Below are positions 18,331 through 28,067 of a stretch of DNA of 64,000 bases, in pieces. The notes beneath the pieces are model-generated. The model did no database searches and was not told the origin of the DNA. It saw only the letters and a program-made list of their open reading frames with translations. The translations under genes were made by a program, and so were the position numbers. This DNA comes from Thermoproteota archaeon (lineage in GTDB: Archaea; Korarchaeota; Korarchaeia; Korarchaeales; Korarchaeaceae): positions 288,001 through 352,000 of the forward strand of contig JALSOH010000004.1 in NCBI GenBank assembly GCA_026986575.1, read 5' to 3'. Position 1 is the first letter of the stretch. The number at the start of each line of letters is the position of its first letter.

Positions 18331-19754
18331 AGGAGCTGAGACTCACCCACCCAATTTCTTGGCTCGACGGAATAGACCTGAGGACTGGTAAGATAATCCA
18401 ACCGGATCACCCCCAGAGAGGGGAAAGCATCGCGGGGAAGGTGCTGTACATACCCCATTCCATTGGATCCACCGTGGGAGCGTATATCTTCTTCAGCCTG
18501 AAAAAATACGGGACGGCTCCTCTCAAGATAGTCTTGGAAGAGCCGGACAGCATAACCATCAGTGCGGAACTGGCTGGAATACCTGTGGAATTGAAGGGAA
18601 GAAGAGAACTAAGGCTTGAGGACCCGGAGGTCCCCGATGAGTTCAGGAGGTACTTGGAGAAGGAGGCCTCCATCTCCGGCGCCGAGGGTTTCGTCAGAGT
18701 GAGCTCAGTGCACATATCTGGGGTCTCGTATGCAACTATAGGCGATGCAGGGAGGAAGTGGCTGGAGGAGATAAAGGAAAGGGTGAAATTCAGGGTTCTA
18801 GCGACAACTAATCCTCTAGGAATGGATCTGACCAAGTGGAGAGATATGGGGATTCCAGAGGGCTTCGCAAGCGGTCAGCTGAGCATAGTAGAATCCCTTC
18901 TGCAGATGGGGGCGACTCCGTCCTTCACATGCACTCCCTACTTGGTGGGCAATCTACCCCACTTCGGGGAGCACATATCTTGGGGAGAATCTAGCGCGGT
19001 TGCCTATGCAAATAGCGTACTTGGGGCCAAGACTAACAGGGAAGGAGGGACTAAGACTATAGTTTCGGCCGCAACAGGGTACACCTCCCTCTACGGCAGG
19101 CATCTAGAGATCAATAGGAGGCCCGATTTCAGAGTGAAGCCACCTGAAATGGAGGATCTCTCGGATTACTACGCTCTAGCCTTCCTCGTGGGTAGAGAAT
19201 ACCCTAATGCCGTCCCAGTATACCTCGTGAGCGGATCCGTACCAGAGATGAAGGCCCTATCGGCTGCTGGAGCGGCTTCAGGCTCCATAGAGGTATTCCA
19301 TGTCCCAGGAGTGACGCCAAACCCTCTTCAACCGGTCGATCGAGAGGTAGAGGTGACCAGAAGCGAGTTGAGGGGGGTATACGAGGACCTGAGCACATTT
19401 GATGGGGGAACAGATCTGGTAGTTTTAGGGTGTCCGCACCTCTCCCTCCAAGAGTTCAGAACCATTGCTCAAATGGTGAACGGGAGGAAAGCCACGACTC
19501 GATTTTGGCTTTATACATCTAGAGCCGTGCTCTCAATGGTTGAGAGATCCGGCCTGAAGAACATACTCGACAGGTTTGGTGCGGAGATATGGGCCGACAC
19601 TTGCATGGTCGTCTCTCCCCTAGAGGACATGGGGGTGAGGAAGGTAACCACTAATTCCGCCAAGGCAGCTAAATACCTGAAGACCTTAAGGGGCCTAGAA
19701 GTCGAGTTTCTAGACCTAAAAGAAATACTGGAGAGATATAGCGTGCTTCGCTAG
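18327..19754 (+). CDS. Aconitase X, fused swivel (DUF126) + catalytic (DUF521) domains; candidate phosphomevalonate dehydratase
   Basis: N-terminal HPQRGESIAGKVL..GSTVG; C-terminal SGVSY, FTCTPY, WGESSA, GCPH, DTCMVV. Confidence 0.85.
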   Translation: MKELRLTHPISWLDGIDLRTGKIIQPDHPQRGESIAGKVLYIPHSIGSTVGAYIFFSLKKYGTAPLKIVLEEPDSITISAELAGIPVELKGRRELRLEDPEVPDEFRRYLEKEASISGAEGFVRVSSVHISGVSYATIGDAGRKWLEEIKERVKFRVLATTNPLGMDLTKWRDMGIPEGFASGQLSIVESLLQMGATPSFTCTPYLVGNLPHFGEHISWGESSAVAYANSVLGAKTNREGGTKTIVSAATGYTSLYGRHLEINRRPDFRVKPPEMEDLSDYYALAFLVGREYPNAVPVYLVSGSVPEMKALSAAGAASGSIEVFHVPGVTPNPLQPVDREVEVTRSELRGVYEDLSTFDGGTDLVVLGCPHLSLQEFRTIAQMVNGRKATTRFWLYTSRAVLSMVERSGLKNILDRFGAEIWADTCMVVSPLEDMGVRKVTTNSAKAAKYLKTLRGLEVEFLDLKEILERYSVLR

Positions 19755-19759
19755 TTATA

Positions 19760-20467
19760 TTATATCCCCAGATAAGCCTTTCTCACGTGCTCATTTCCCA
19801 GAAGATCTTTACCCGTACCTTCCATCACAGTAACGCCGTTCTCAATCACATAAGCTCTGTGAGATATACTCAATGCCATGTAGGCGTTTTGCTCGGCGAT
19901 TAGTATGGTAACCCTCCTCTCCCTGTTTATCTGATTTATCGTCTCGAATATCCTGTCGACCAGCAAGGGCGCCAAGCCTAACGAGGGTTCATCGAGCAGT
20001 AGCAGTTTTGGCCCGCCCATGAGTCCCTTACCTATGGCGAGCATCTGCTGTTCCCCACCACTGAGGGTTCCGGCGAGCTGTTTTTCTCTCTCCTTCAGCA
20101 CCGGAAAGAGCGAGTATACGAACTCCATGTCCCTCTCAATCTCATCCCTATCGGTCCTCATGAACGCCCCCATCTCCAAGTTCTCCCTCACCGTCATATC
20201 GGGGAAGAGACCTCTACCCTCGGGTACATGGATTATTCCCAAGGAGGCTATCTGATAGGGCTCCATACCGACTATACTCTTTTCTTGGAAGACCACATCT
20301 CCCCTCAAGGGCCTGAGTATACCAGTTATTACCCTCAACGTGGTCGTCTTCCCCGCTCCGTTGGCCCCTATGAGGGAGACGATCTCCCCCTCACCTACGT
20401 AAAGCGAGATATCTTTGAGGGCGATTGCCTTCCCATAAGCGGCGGAAATGTCCTTAACTTCTAACAT
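19760..20467 (-). CDS. livF: Branched-chain amino acid ABC transporter ATPase
   Basis: GANGAGKT, LSGGEQQM, DEPSLGLAP. Confidence 0.93.
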   Translation of the reverse strand: MLEVKDISAAYGKAIALKDISLYVGEGEIVSLIGANGAGKTTTLRVITGILRPLRGDVVFQEKSIVGMEPYQIASLGIIHVPEGRGLFPDMTVRENLEMGAFMRTDRDEIERDMEFVYSLFPVLKEREKQLAGTLSGGEQQMLAIGKGLMGGPKLLLLDEPSLGLAPLLVDRIFETINQINRERRVTILIAEQNAYMALSISHRAYVIENGVTVMEGTGKDLLGNEHVRKAYLGI

Positions 20468-21194
20468 GGAACCTCTCCCCCAAATAAGCCTTTATTACCT
20501 CTTCATTCCTCGAGATCTCCTCCGGACTTCCCTCGGCTATTTTCCTACCGAAGTTGAGGACCATTATTCTCTCGCACACGTTCATTATCACCCTCATGTT
20601 GTGCTCTATTATCACCACAGCGACCCCGGACTCCCTCACTCTCCTCACCACTTCCATAACCTCATCCATCTCCGTAGGAGTGAGCCCTCCAGCCGGTTCA
20701 TCCAGCATGAGGAGCTTGGGTTCGGTAGCCAAAGCCCTAGCAATTTCCAACCTCTTCCTCTCACCATGAGGTAGAGCCTCTGCCAGTATATCCTTCCTAT
20801 GCAGTAGGCCAGCAAACTCCAAAATCTCCTCGGCCTTCTCTACAGCTGCCTTCTCACTAATCCCAGATATCACACCCTTAGTCGCGTAGATAGATACCAG
20901 CACATTGTCCAAGACACTCATCCCTAGAAAGGGCTTCACTATCTGCCATGTCCTCGTTAATCCAAGCTTAGCCAGCTTGTTTGGTCTCATGCCAGTTATG
21001 TCTTTTCCTTGGAACCTCACTCTGCCTGAATCTGGCTTGTAGAAGCCCGTTATTACGTTGAAAAGTGTGGTCTTACCGGCGCCGTTGGGCCCTATTATCC
21101 CGAAGATCTCTCCTTCCTTCACGCTGAAGCTGACATCGTCCACTGCGACGAGCCCACCGAACCTCTTAACTACCCCCTCCACCTCTAAGATCAT
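20454..21194 (-). CDS. livG: Branched-chain amino acid ABC transporter ATPase
   Basis: [29 protein letters not shown]. Confidence 0.93.
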   Translation of the reverse strand: MILEVEGVVKRFGGLVAVDDVSFSVKEGEIFGIIGPNGAGKTTLFNVITGFYKPDSGRVRFQGKDITGMRPNKLAKLGLTRTWQIVKPFLGMSVLDNVLVSIYATKGVISGISEKAAVEKAEEILEFAGLLHRKDILAEALPHGERKRLEIARALATEPKLLMLDEPAGGLTPTEMDEVMEVVRRVRESGVAVVIIEHNMRVIMNVCERIMVLNFGRKIAEGSPEEISRNEEVIKAYLGERFHVRS

Positions 21195-22147
21195 TCTCTC
21201 ACCTTCCTTAAGATGAACTGAACGATGCCGTAGATCCCCGATGGGAAGAACTTCATCACAAGAATGATCAGCATTCCATAGATTAGGTACCTGTACTCTA
21301 GGTAGGATCTGAGCAACTCCTGAAGTAGTGATAAGACTGCTGCTCCCATGACGGGTCCTATCAGCGTACCGAACCCGCCGATTATGGTCATGGAGAGTAT
21401 GTATATCGACTCTCCCAATGTGGATATCTCAGGACTGATGTACCTGAGGTAATGAGCGTAAAGCCCTCCCGATATTCCAGCGAAGAATGTGGCTATCAGA
21501 AAAGCGTAAACCTTGAATAAGGGGACGTCGACACCCACCGACAGAGCAGCATCCTCGTCCTCCCTTATTGACATGAGTATCTTCCCGATCCTAGACTTCG
21601 TTAGCAGATGCAGTAGGAAGATGGAGATCAAGGTGAAAGCGAGTGCCACATAGTAGAACGCCACCTTACTCCTGAAGTCGATGGGACCTATTCTAGGGAG
21701 AGGAGGAATTCCCGGTATCCCCAACGGTCCTCTGGTGAGCCAATCCAAGTTTATCAGCATCAACCAAACTATTACTCCGAATCCCAGACTGGATATGGCT
21801 AGATAAGGCCCTCTCAGCTTCAAAGAGGGCACTCCAAGTATCAGCCCGAACACGGAGGCCATTAAACCGCCGATGAATATCCCGATCCAGGGACTCACAC
21901 CCCAATTCATCGCGAGGAGGGTTGATGTATATGCCCCAACAGCGAAGAAGGCTGCATGCCCTAGTGAAAGTCTACCGGTATATCCTACCAGTATGTCCAA
22001 GCTGGCAGCCGTCACTGCGTAAAGCATGACCAATATAGTCACGTGAGTGATGTAGTCCCCAGCCAGAGGAACGGGTATCAGCAAGATTAGAGCAATCAGA
22101 TAATACTTGGAGATTTCCGTAACCACATCCTTAGTGATCCCAAGCAT
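21191..22147 (-). CDS. livM: Branched-chain amino acid ABC transporter permease
   Basis: [27 protein letters not shown]. Confidence 0.92.
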   Translation of the reverse strand: MLGITKDVVTEISKYYLIALILLIPVPLAGDYITHVTILVMLYAVTAASLDILVGYTGRLSLGHAAFFAVGAYTSTLLAMNWGVSPWIGIFIGGLMASVFGLILGVPSLKLRGPYLAISSLGFGVIVWLMLINLDWLTRGPLGIPGIPPLPRIGPIDFRSKVAFYYVALAFTLISIFLLHLLTKSRIGKILMSIREDEDAALSVGVDVPLFKVYAFLIATFFAGISGGLYAHYLRYISPEISTLGESIYILSMTIIGGFGTLIGPVMGAAVLSLLQELLRSYLEYRYLIYGMLIILVMKFFPSGIYGIVQFILRKVRE

Positions 22148-23064
22148 TACTTCCTCCCCCCTCCTAGGATGCCTTCTGGCCTGACCCAGAGCACTATGAT
22201 CATTATCACGAAAGCCACGACCTGCTTATACTCAGTTCCTAGAAACAGTCCTCCCAAGCTCTCAGCTAGGCCGATGAGAAAGCCTGCCAAGATGCTTCCA
22301 ATTACGTTCCCCATGCCTCCCGTGATCACGACTACGAAGGCCTTAGCGACCACATCCAGACCCATGGTCGGATATACATTGTAAATGGGTCCAAGAATGC
22401 CGCCAGCGAGCGCGGCTAGTCCCGTAGATAGAAACATGGTGATGTCGTATATCCTGTATATGTTCACCCCTACAAGCATTGCCGCTGATGGGTTCTGGGC
22501 CGTTGCTCTTATTGCTCTACCCGTCTTAGTGAACTTGAGGAAAGCATACAGCCCAACAAGCGTTGCTATGGCCACCACAAATGCTATTAGCCTAGCCAAA
22601 CTGAATGATAACCCTCCAGGCAGCTTGATTATGTGCTTGGTCAGAGGGCTGGGTATGGAGATCGGTATGGGTCCCCACAAGACTAGCGCCAGATCCACGA
22701 AGAGTATGCTGAGACCTATGGTGAGCATGATGAACTTCAGATCTTGGAAGTAGAAAGCTGCGGCACCCTTAGCCTCTTTCAGCTCCTCATACAGGGACTT
22801 GAACAGTAGCTTGTTTATGGCTATACCGACCGCTCCGACGGCGATGGCCGCTAGAGGAGCCAAGATGAACGGATCTCCTCCTATTAATGTAACGAAGGTG
22901 TAAGTGAAGTAAGCCCCCAGCATGTAGAACTCTCCATGCGCGAAGTTGCTCAATCTCATGACCCCGAATATCATTGTGAGGCCGACGCCTATCACTCCGT
23001 AGATGCCACCTATCATCAGGCCGAAGAGTATCTGCTCTAGGAGCTCCATGGGCTGTATTACCAC
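22147..23064 (-). CDS. livH: Branched-chain amino acid ABC transporter permease
   Basis: NFAHGEFYMLGAY, GRAIRA, RPEGILG. Confidence 0.92.
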   Translation of the reverse strand: MVIQPMELLEQILFGLMIGGIYGVIGVGLTMIFGVMRLSNFAHGEFYMLGAYFTYTFVTLIGGDPFILAPLAAIAVGAVGIAINKLLFKSLYEELKEAKGAAAFYFQDLKFIMLTIGLSILFVDLALVLWGPIPISIPSPLTKHIIKLPGGLSFSLARLIAFVVAIATLVGLYAFLKFTKTGRAIRATAQNPSAAMLVGVNIYRIYDITMFLSTGLAALAGGILGPIYNVYPTMGLDVVAKAFVVVITGGMGNVIGSILAGFLIGLAESLGGLFLGTEYKQVVAFVIMIIVLWVRPEGILGGGRK

Positions 23065-23107
23065 GGTTCATCCCTTCCCAAAAGGAAAAAGTGGAAATGA
23101 GGGTTGA

Positions 23108-24313
23108 TCAGCCACCGTAAAGCTTCTCTGGAGGTATGTACTCTCCCTGCTTATCCGACGGTGGGTAAAGGATGACTCTCTTGAGTTTCCCTCCCACTTT
23201 CTGTACTTGAACGAGCAGTACCTTGGTCTGGGCCTGGCCTTTCTCATCGAAGTATATGGTTCCTTGGGCTCCCTCGAACTTGAGAGATCTTATGGCATCA
23301 GCCACTTTATCGACATCCCATGTACCCGCTTTCTCAACGCCCAGCTTGAACGCCAAGAAGGCGTCCCAGACCCCAGCTGCGTACATCGCGGGGTTCCTTC
23401 CCCATCTCTCTCTGAACTTCTTGACGAACTCAGCTGCAGCAGGCCTCTTAGATGTGGGCTCGAAGTAACTCACATGAACTAGCCCAAGAGCGTCGTCATC
23501 CGCCAGCTGTAGGAACTCATCGCTGGTCACTCCGCCTAGCATGACGAATTGCTTGTAGAGGCCTATCTCGTGAGCCTGCCTGAGTATGTTGGCGGCATCC
23601 CTTATGTTAGCGACGACGAATATCACATCAGGATTGGCTGCCTTTATCTTGGATAGCTGCGATGTGAAGTCAGTCGATCCCTTGTCAAAATACTCCTCTG
23701 CAACTATCTTGACTCCCTTCGACTTGGCCCGATCTCCCCATATTTTGAGCCCCTCTCTTCCATAATCGTCATTCACACCCAGCATTGCAGCAGTCTTGGG
23801 TTTCAGATGCTCCACTACCCAATCAGCGTTCTGCGTTGTCTGCATCCACTGATTAGCGCAAGTCCTGAATGTGTACTTGTATCCCTGCTCCGTTATCTTA
23901 GTAGCTACTGAGACTGGGACGAACAGAAGCTTCTTAGCCTCCATGATCGAAGGCTGAACAGCTAAAGTAACCGTAGAACAGTACTCTCCAAATACGGCGT
24001 ATACGTTCTCCTGAGTGAGAAGCCTCTGGACTGCCGCGGTCGCCTTGGTGGGATTGCACTCGGTATCTTCTATAACTAACTCAACCTTCTTACCCAATAT
24101 TCCTCCCTGCTTGTTTATCTCATCAACAGCAAGGATAGCTGCCTGCTTCATATCCAAACCATGCTCAGCCAATCCACCGGTCAAAGGAGCTATTAAACCG
24201 ACTTTCACGGTTCCACCAGCAGTAGGACCAGTCTGGGTCAGATAGAATGCGGCGGCCACGATCACGATGAGGGCTACAACAACGATAACTAATACATTCT
24301 TACTGAGAGCCAT
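23108..24313 (-). CDS. livK: Liv-type ABC transporter substrate-binding protein
   Basis: N-terminal anchor, VKVGLIAPLTG, AVDEIN..GGILG. Confidence 0.9.
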   Translation of the reverse strand: MALSKNVLVIVVVALIVIVAAAFYLTQTGPTAGGTVKVGLIAPLTGGLAEHGLDMKQAAILAVDEINKQGGILGKKVELVIEDTECNPTKATAAVQRLLTQENVYAVFGEYCSTVTLAVQPSIMEAKKLLFVPVSVATKITEQGYKYTFRTCANQWMQTTQNADWVVEHLKPKTAAMLGVNDDYGREGLKIWGDRAKSKGVKIVAEEYFDKGSTDFTSQLSKIKAANPDVIFVVANIRDAANILRQAHEIGLYKQFVMLGGVTSDEFLQLADDDALGLVHVSYFEPTSKRPAAAEFVKKFRERWGRNPAMYAAGVWDAFLAFKLGVEKAGTWDVDKVADAIRSLKFEGAQGTIYFDEKGQAQTKVLLVQVQKVGGKLKRVILYPPSDKQGEYIPPEKLYGG

Positions 24314-24331
24314 ACGCTCCCCTACTAATCC

Positions 24332-24555
24332 AGAGAAGTTACTTTTAAAGATTGATAGTTTAAATGTGCCATCTCATATTCAAGAGCCCTCAGGTCTCCC
24401 TGTTTCTGAAAAAGATGCTTACAATTGGAATATAACCACGTAATACTATACGCGCGCGGTCATTCTGGTAGGAGTTGACAACGCATACCGACGAATTACG
24501 TACTTGATTTGTGGGCGTCAATGAACTAGAGAAGTTATCTCTCGTAGAAAAGTTC
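24332..24555. promoter_or_regulatory. Repeated AGAGAAGTTA motif in the divergent livK / OTCase promoter region
   Basis: Exact copies at 24332-24341 and 24528-24537, variant AGAAAAGTTC at 24546-24555. Confidence 0.4.
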
Positions 24556-24604
24556 TTAGCTTAGCTAACTGATATAATGCATACCAATCAGGGGGGATTT
24601 TCGT

Positions 24605-25546
24605 ATGGCATTATTCGATCTGAGAGGTAGGGATTTCATCACCACAAGGGACTTCACGAGGGAGGAGCTGGAGTACCTTATCCAGATGTCCATGGATCTG
24701 AAGAAGATGTGGTACTCTGGGATAAGGGTTAAGCCCTTGGAGGGGAAAGCTGTTGCTCTCCTGTTTAAGAAGCCCTCTACCAGAACCAGAAACTCATTTC
24801 AGGCAGCTGTTTACCGGTTAGGTGGCTTTTCCGTTTACATGAGGCCTGACGAGCTCCAGCTCAAGAGGGGTGAACCCGTAAAGGATACGGCGAGGGTTCT
24901 CGACAGGTATTATGACGCCCTTGTCATAAGGACCTTCGGTCAGGACGAGATAGAGGAGTACGCTAAGTGGATGAGGAACCCCGTCGTTAATGCGCTCTCC
25001 GACGAGGAACATCCCTGCCAGGCCATGGCCGACCTCATGACCATAAAGGAGAAGTTCGGTTACTGGGAGGGACTCAAGATCGTCTACACTGGTGACGTGT
25101 GGAATGTGGCGCACTCCTTGATCGCCACCGCGCCCGTGTTCGGGATGGATCTGACCCTAGCAGTCCCCCCCGGGTACGAGCCACTGGAGGAGATATGGAA
25201 GTTCGCGGAGCAGGAGGCCGCGAGGAGGGGGACCAAGCTCGAGATAGTCCACAACCTCAAGGAGGCCGTTAAAGGCGCGGATGTGGTCTATGCCAATACT
25301 TGGTGGAGCATGGGCAAGCCGGAGGAGACCAAGGAGAAGAGGAAGAAGGATTTCGCTCCCTTTACAGTCACGCCTGAGGTCATGAGCTTGGCGAAGGAGC
25401 ATGCGATATTCATGCACTGCCTGCCCGCGTACAGGGGCAACGAGATGACTGACGAAGTTATAGAGGGCAGGTGGTCTGTGGTATTCGATCAGGCCGAGAA
25501 CAGGCTTTGGACTGAGGCCGCGATTCTCGCGGCCATCATAAGGTGA
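24605..25546 (+). CDS. argF: Ornithine carbamoyltransferase
   Basis: STRTR, HPCQ, FMHCLP, QAENR; linkage to carbamate kinase suggests a catabolic (arcB) role. Confidence 0.93.
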   Translation: MALFDLRGRDFITTRDFTREELEYLIQMSMDLKKMWYSGIRVKPLEGKAVALLFKKPSTRTRNSFQAAVYRLGGFSVYMRPDELQLKRGEPVKDTARVLDRYYDALVIRTFGQDEIEEYAKWMRNPVVNALSDEEHPCQAMADLMTIKEKFGYWEGLKIVYTGDVWNVAHSLIATAPVFGMDLTLAVPPGYEPLEEIWKFAEQEAARRGTKLEIVHNLKEAVKGADVVYANTWWSMGKPEETKEKRKKDFAPFTVTPEVMSLAKEHAIFMHCLPAYRGNEMTDEVIEGRWSVVFDQAENRLWTEAAILAAIIR

Positions 25547-25571
25547 TACCCCCACTCCCAATTTTTCGAGA

Positions 25572-26516
25572 GTGATGCCTATGGACAGACTGATCACGAT
25601 AGCCCTCGGAGGCAACGCTCTCCTTCAATACGGTCAGAAGGGGACCTTCGAGGAGCAGCTGGCTAATGCTAGAAGGACGAGTAAGCAGCTGGTGGAACTC
25701 CTCAGGAGGGGATACAGGTTGGTCATCACCCACGGTAATGGGCCCCAAGTAGGTGCCATACTCCTCCAACAGGAAGCGGCTACCGACCAAGTCCCTCCCA
25801 TGCCCCTCCACGCCTGCGGAGCTATGAGCCAAGGGCTCATAGGATACATGATCCAACAGTCTATGATAAACGAGCTCAAGAGAGCTGGGATGGATGTACC
25901 TGTCGCCACAGTGGTCACTCAGGTACTCGTAGATAGGGAAGATCCGGCGTTTCAGAACCCAACCAAGTTCATCGGACCGTGGTATCCTGAAGAGGAGGCG
26001 AAGCTCAAGGAGGAGCAGGGGTGGGTTATGAAGTACGATGTAGGCAAGGGTTGGCGGAGAGTTGTACCCTCTCCGGATCCCATAGGACAGGTGGAAATAG
26101 AAGCGATCAGGAGGATGGTGGAAGCGGGAATAGTGGTGATAGCATCTGGAGGGGGAGGGATCCCCGTCGTCGACGATGGAGAATACGAGGGAGTGGACGC
26201 TGTAATCGATAAGGACCTAGCTGGCGAGAGACTGGCCACCTCGCTGAATGCCGACCTCTACATGATACTCACTGACGTGGAGAAGGTAGCGATAAACTTC
26301 AAGAAGCCCAACCAGAGATTCTTGGATGTCATGACGCTGGAAGAGGCCAAGAGATATTATGAGGAGGGACACTTCCCACCGGGGAACATGGGTCCCAAGG
26401 TCAAAGCTGCCATGAGGTTCGTGGAGAGGACAGGCAGGGAAGCCATAATAACGAGCTTGGACAAGGTCATTGAAGCGCTGGAAGGCAAGACGGGTACCAG
26501 AATACTCCCAAAATAA
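25572..26516 (+). CDS. arcC: Carbamate kinase
   Basis: IALGGNAL, THGNGPQVG, GGGGIPV, VIDKD. Confidence 0.95.
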   Translation: MMPMDRLITIALGGNALLQYGQKGTFEEQLANARRTSKQLVELLRRGYRLVITHGNGPQVGAILLQQEAATDQVPPMPLHACGAMSQGLIGYMIQQSMINELKRAGMDVPVATVVTQVLVDREDPAFQNPTKFIGPWYPEEEAKLKEEQGWVMKYDVGKGWRRVVPSPDPIGQVEIEAIRRMVEAGIVVIASGGGGIPVVDDGEYEGVDAVIDKDLAGERLATSLNADLYMILTDVEKVAINFKKPNQRFLDVMTLEEAKRYYEEGHFPPGNMGPKVKAAMRFVERTGREAIITSLDKVIEALEGKTGTRILPK

Positions 26517-26526
26517 ATTTAGGGGC

Positions 26527-27810
26527 TTAAAGCCCCAAGACATCCTCATATCCCTTCAGGTCCAGCAACCCATGTCCGGAGAAGTTGAAGAGTATAACCT
26601 TCTCCTCACCCTCTTCTTTAGCCTTCAGCGCCTCATCTATTGCCGCTTTCACCGCGTGGGTAGTTTCCGGAGCTGGGATCAGACCTTCAGTCATGGCAAA
26701 TATCTTCCCGGCCTTAAACACGTCCTCTTGTGGGTAAGCAACTGACTTGATCACTCCCTTGGACTTCAGAAGGCTCACCGTCGGAGCGGCACCGTGATAC
26801 CTCAGACCACCAGCGTGTATAGGTGGCGGCACGAAGTCATGCCCGAGTGTGAACATCTTGATGAGAGGAGTCACCCCAGCGCTGTCTCCGAAGTCATACC
26901 TGTACTCCCCCTCCGTAAGTGAGGGAGACGCCCTCGGCTCCACTGCTATAACCTCGTACTCCTCCCTTCCACTTAGTATCTCCTCTATGAAGGGGAAAGT
27001 GAGCCCAGCGAAGTTGCTCCCGCCCCCAACACATCCTATGAGCACATCTGGCTTCTCGCCCAAGATTTCCATCTGTTTCTTGGCTTCTAGTCCTATTACT
27101 GTCTGATGCAGTATCACGTGATTTAGAACGCTTCCCAGCGAGTACTTCGCTTTCTCGTCCTTCATCGCCGTCTCTATTGCCTCACTTATGGCTATGCCTA
27201 AGGAGCCTGGGTGGTTCGGGTCCTGTTCAAGGTACTTCCTGCCGATTTCGGTTCTGTCGCTCGGCGATGGGACGATATCCGCGCCGTAGAGTTTCATAAC
27301 TAGCTTTCTATAGGGCTTCTGTTGGTACGAGATCCTGACCATGAAAACTAGGGCCCTCAATCCCATCATCGAAGTCGCGTAGGACAGCGCACTTCCCCAC
27401 TGCCCCGCACCCGTCTCGGTCGTCAGGTACTCAAGACCCTCCTTGGCGGCACAGAAGGCCTGCACTAATGCGGTGTTCAGCTTGTGGCTTCCTGTCGGAG
27501 TCACATCCTCTCTCTTGTAGTATATCTTAGCCGGAGTCCTAAGATATTCCTCCAATCTCTTGGCCCTGTACAGGGGTGTGGGCCTACCGATCCTCACGTA
27601 AAACTCCCTGAGCTCCTCGGGTATCTTGATGTACCTCTCCTTGGAGAACTCCTGATCCACACACTCCTTCGGGAATAAGGGGTAGAAATCCTTAGGTCCC
27701 AGTGGCTCCTTCGTCGCTGGATGGATGGGTGGCGGTAGATCGGGCAGATCTGAGACTATGTTATACCAATAGGTAGGTATCTCCTCTTGGCTGAGATCTA
27801 CCCTTATCAT
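26527..27810 (-). CDS. trpB2: Tryptophan synthase beta chain, type 2 (stand-alone)
   Basis: [43 protein letters not shown]; no trpA adjacent. Confidence 0.95.
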   Translation of the reverse strand: MIRVDLSQEEIPTYWYNIVSDLPDLPPPIHPATKEPLGPKDFYPLFPKECVDQEFSKERYIKIPEELREFYVRIGRPTPLYRAKRLEEYLRTPAKIYYKREDVTPTGSHKLNTALVQAFCAAKEGLEYLTTETGAGQWGSALSYATSMMGLRALVFMVRISYQQKPYRKLVMKLYGADIVPSPSDRTEIGRKYLEQDPNHPGSLGIAISEAIETAMKDEKAKYSLGSVLNHVILHQTVIGLEAKKQMEILGEKPDVLIGCVGGGSNFAGLTFPFIEEILSGREEYEVIAVEPRASPSLTEGEYRYDFGDSAGVTPLIKMFTLGHDFVPPPIHAGGLRYHGAAPTVSLLKSKGVIKSVAYPQEDVFKAGKIFAMTEGLIPAPETTHAVKAAIDEALKAKEEGEEKVILFNFSGHGLLDLKGYEDVLGL

Positions 27811-27938
27811 CTGAGTACACCTCCCTCTGAGGAACTGGACGGGTCACTGGACGATCCGGATGTGGCATGGAACGCGGGCATGATGACAATTGCCTTAGAC
27901 AAGGAGAGAGGAGATCTCTTCAGAGGTCTCTCAAGGCC
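27807..27938 (-). other. +1-frame extension of the Trp leader peptide (43 codons, no Trp codon), stop overlaps the trpB2 start (ATGA)
   Basis: GGC CTT GAG ... GTA CTC AGA TGA read by hand; the other two frames close within 12 codons. Confidence 0.6.
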
Positions 27939-27954
27939 AAACTAGATCCCCCAT
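27931..27954 (-). CDS. Leader peptide MGDLVWP (Trp-sensing uORF)
   Basis: ATG GGG GAT CTA GTT TGG CCT TGA with SD GGGGGTG 5 nt upstream and TATA-like TTTTAA at 27999-28004. Confidence 0.75.
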   Translation of the reverse strand: MGDLVWP

Positions 27955-28067
27955 ACTTGCACCCCCTAGAACGGGTTGGGTCGGGGGACCTTCAACAGTT
28001 AAAAGCATTACTGTACAGGGAACTCCGCACAGGTTGCTGGATCCCGATCTCCAAGGAGGCATTCGAT

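Noticed and set aside
27875-27950. Plus-strand ATGATGA suggesting a box C/D RNA
   Set aside because: No proper CTGA D box at a suitable distance; the minus-strand leader explains the region better.
27867-28067. 67-codon N-terminal extension of the MFS transporter in the ORF track
   Set aside because: Hydrophilic, has no SD and lies antisense to the trpB2 leader; ATG 28068 has AGGAGG and begins TM1.
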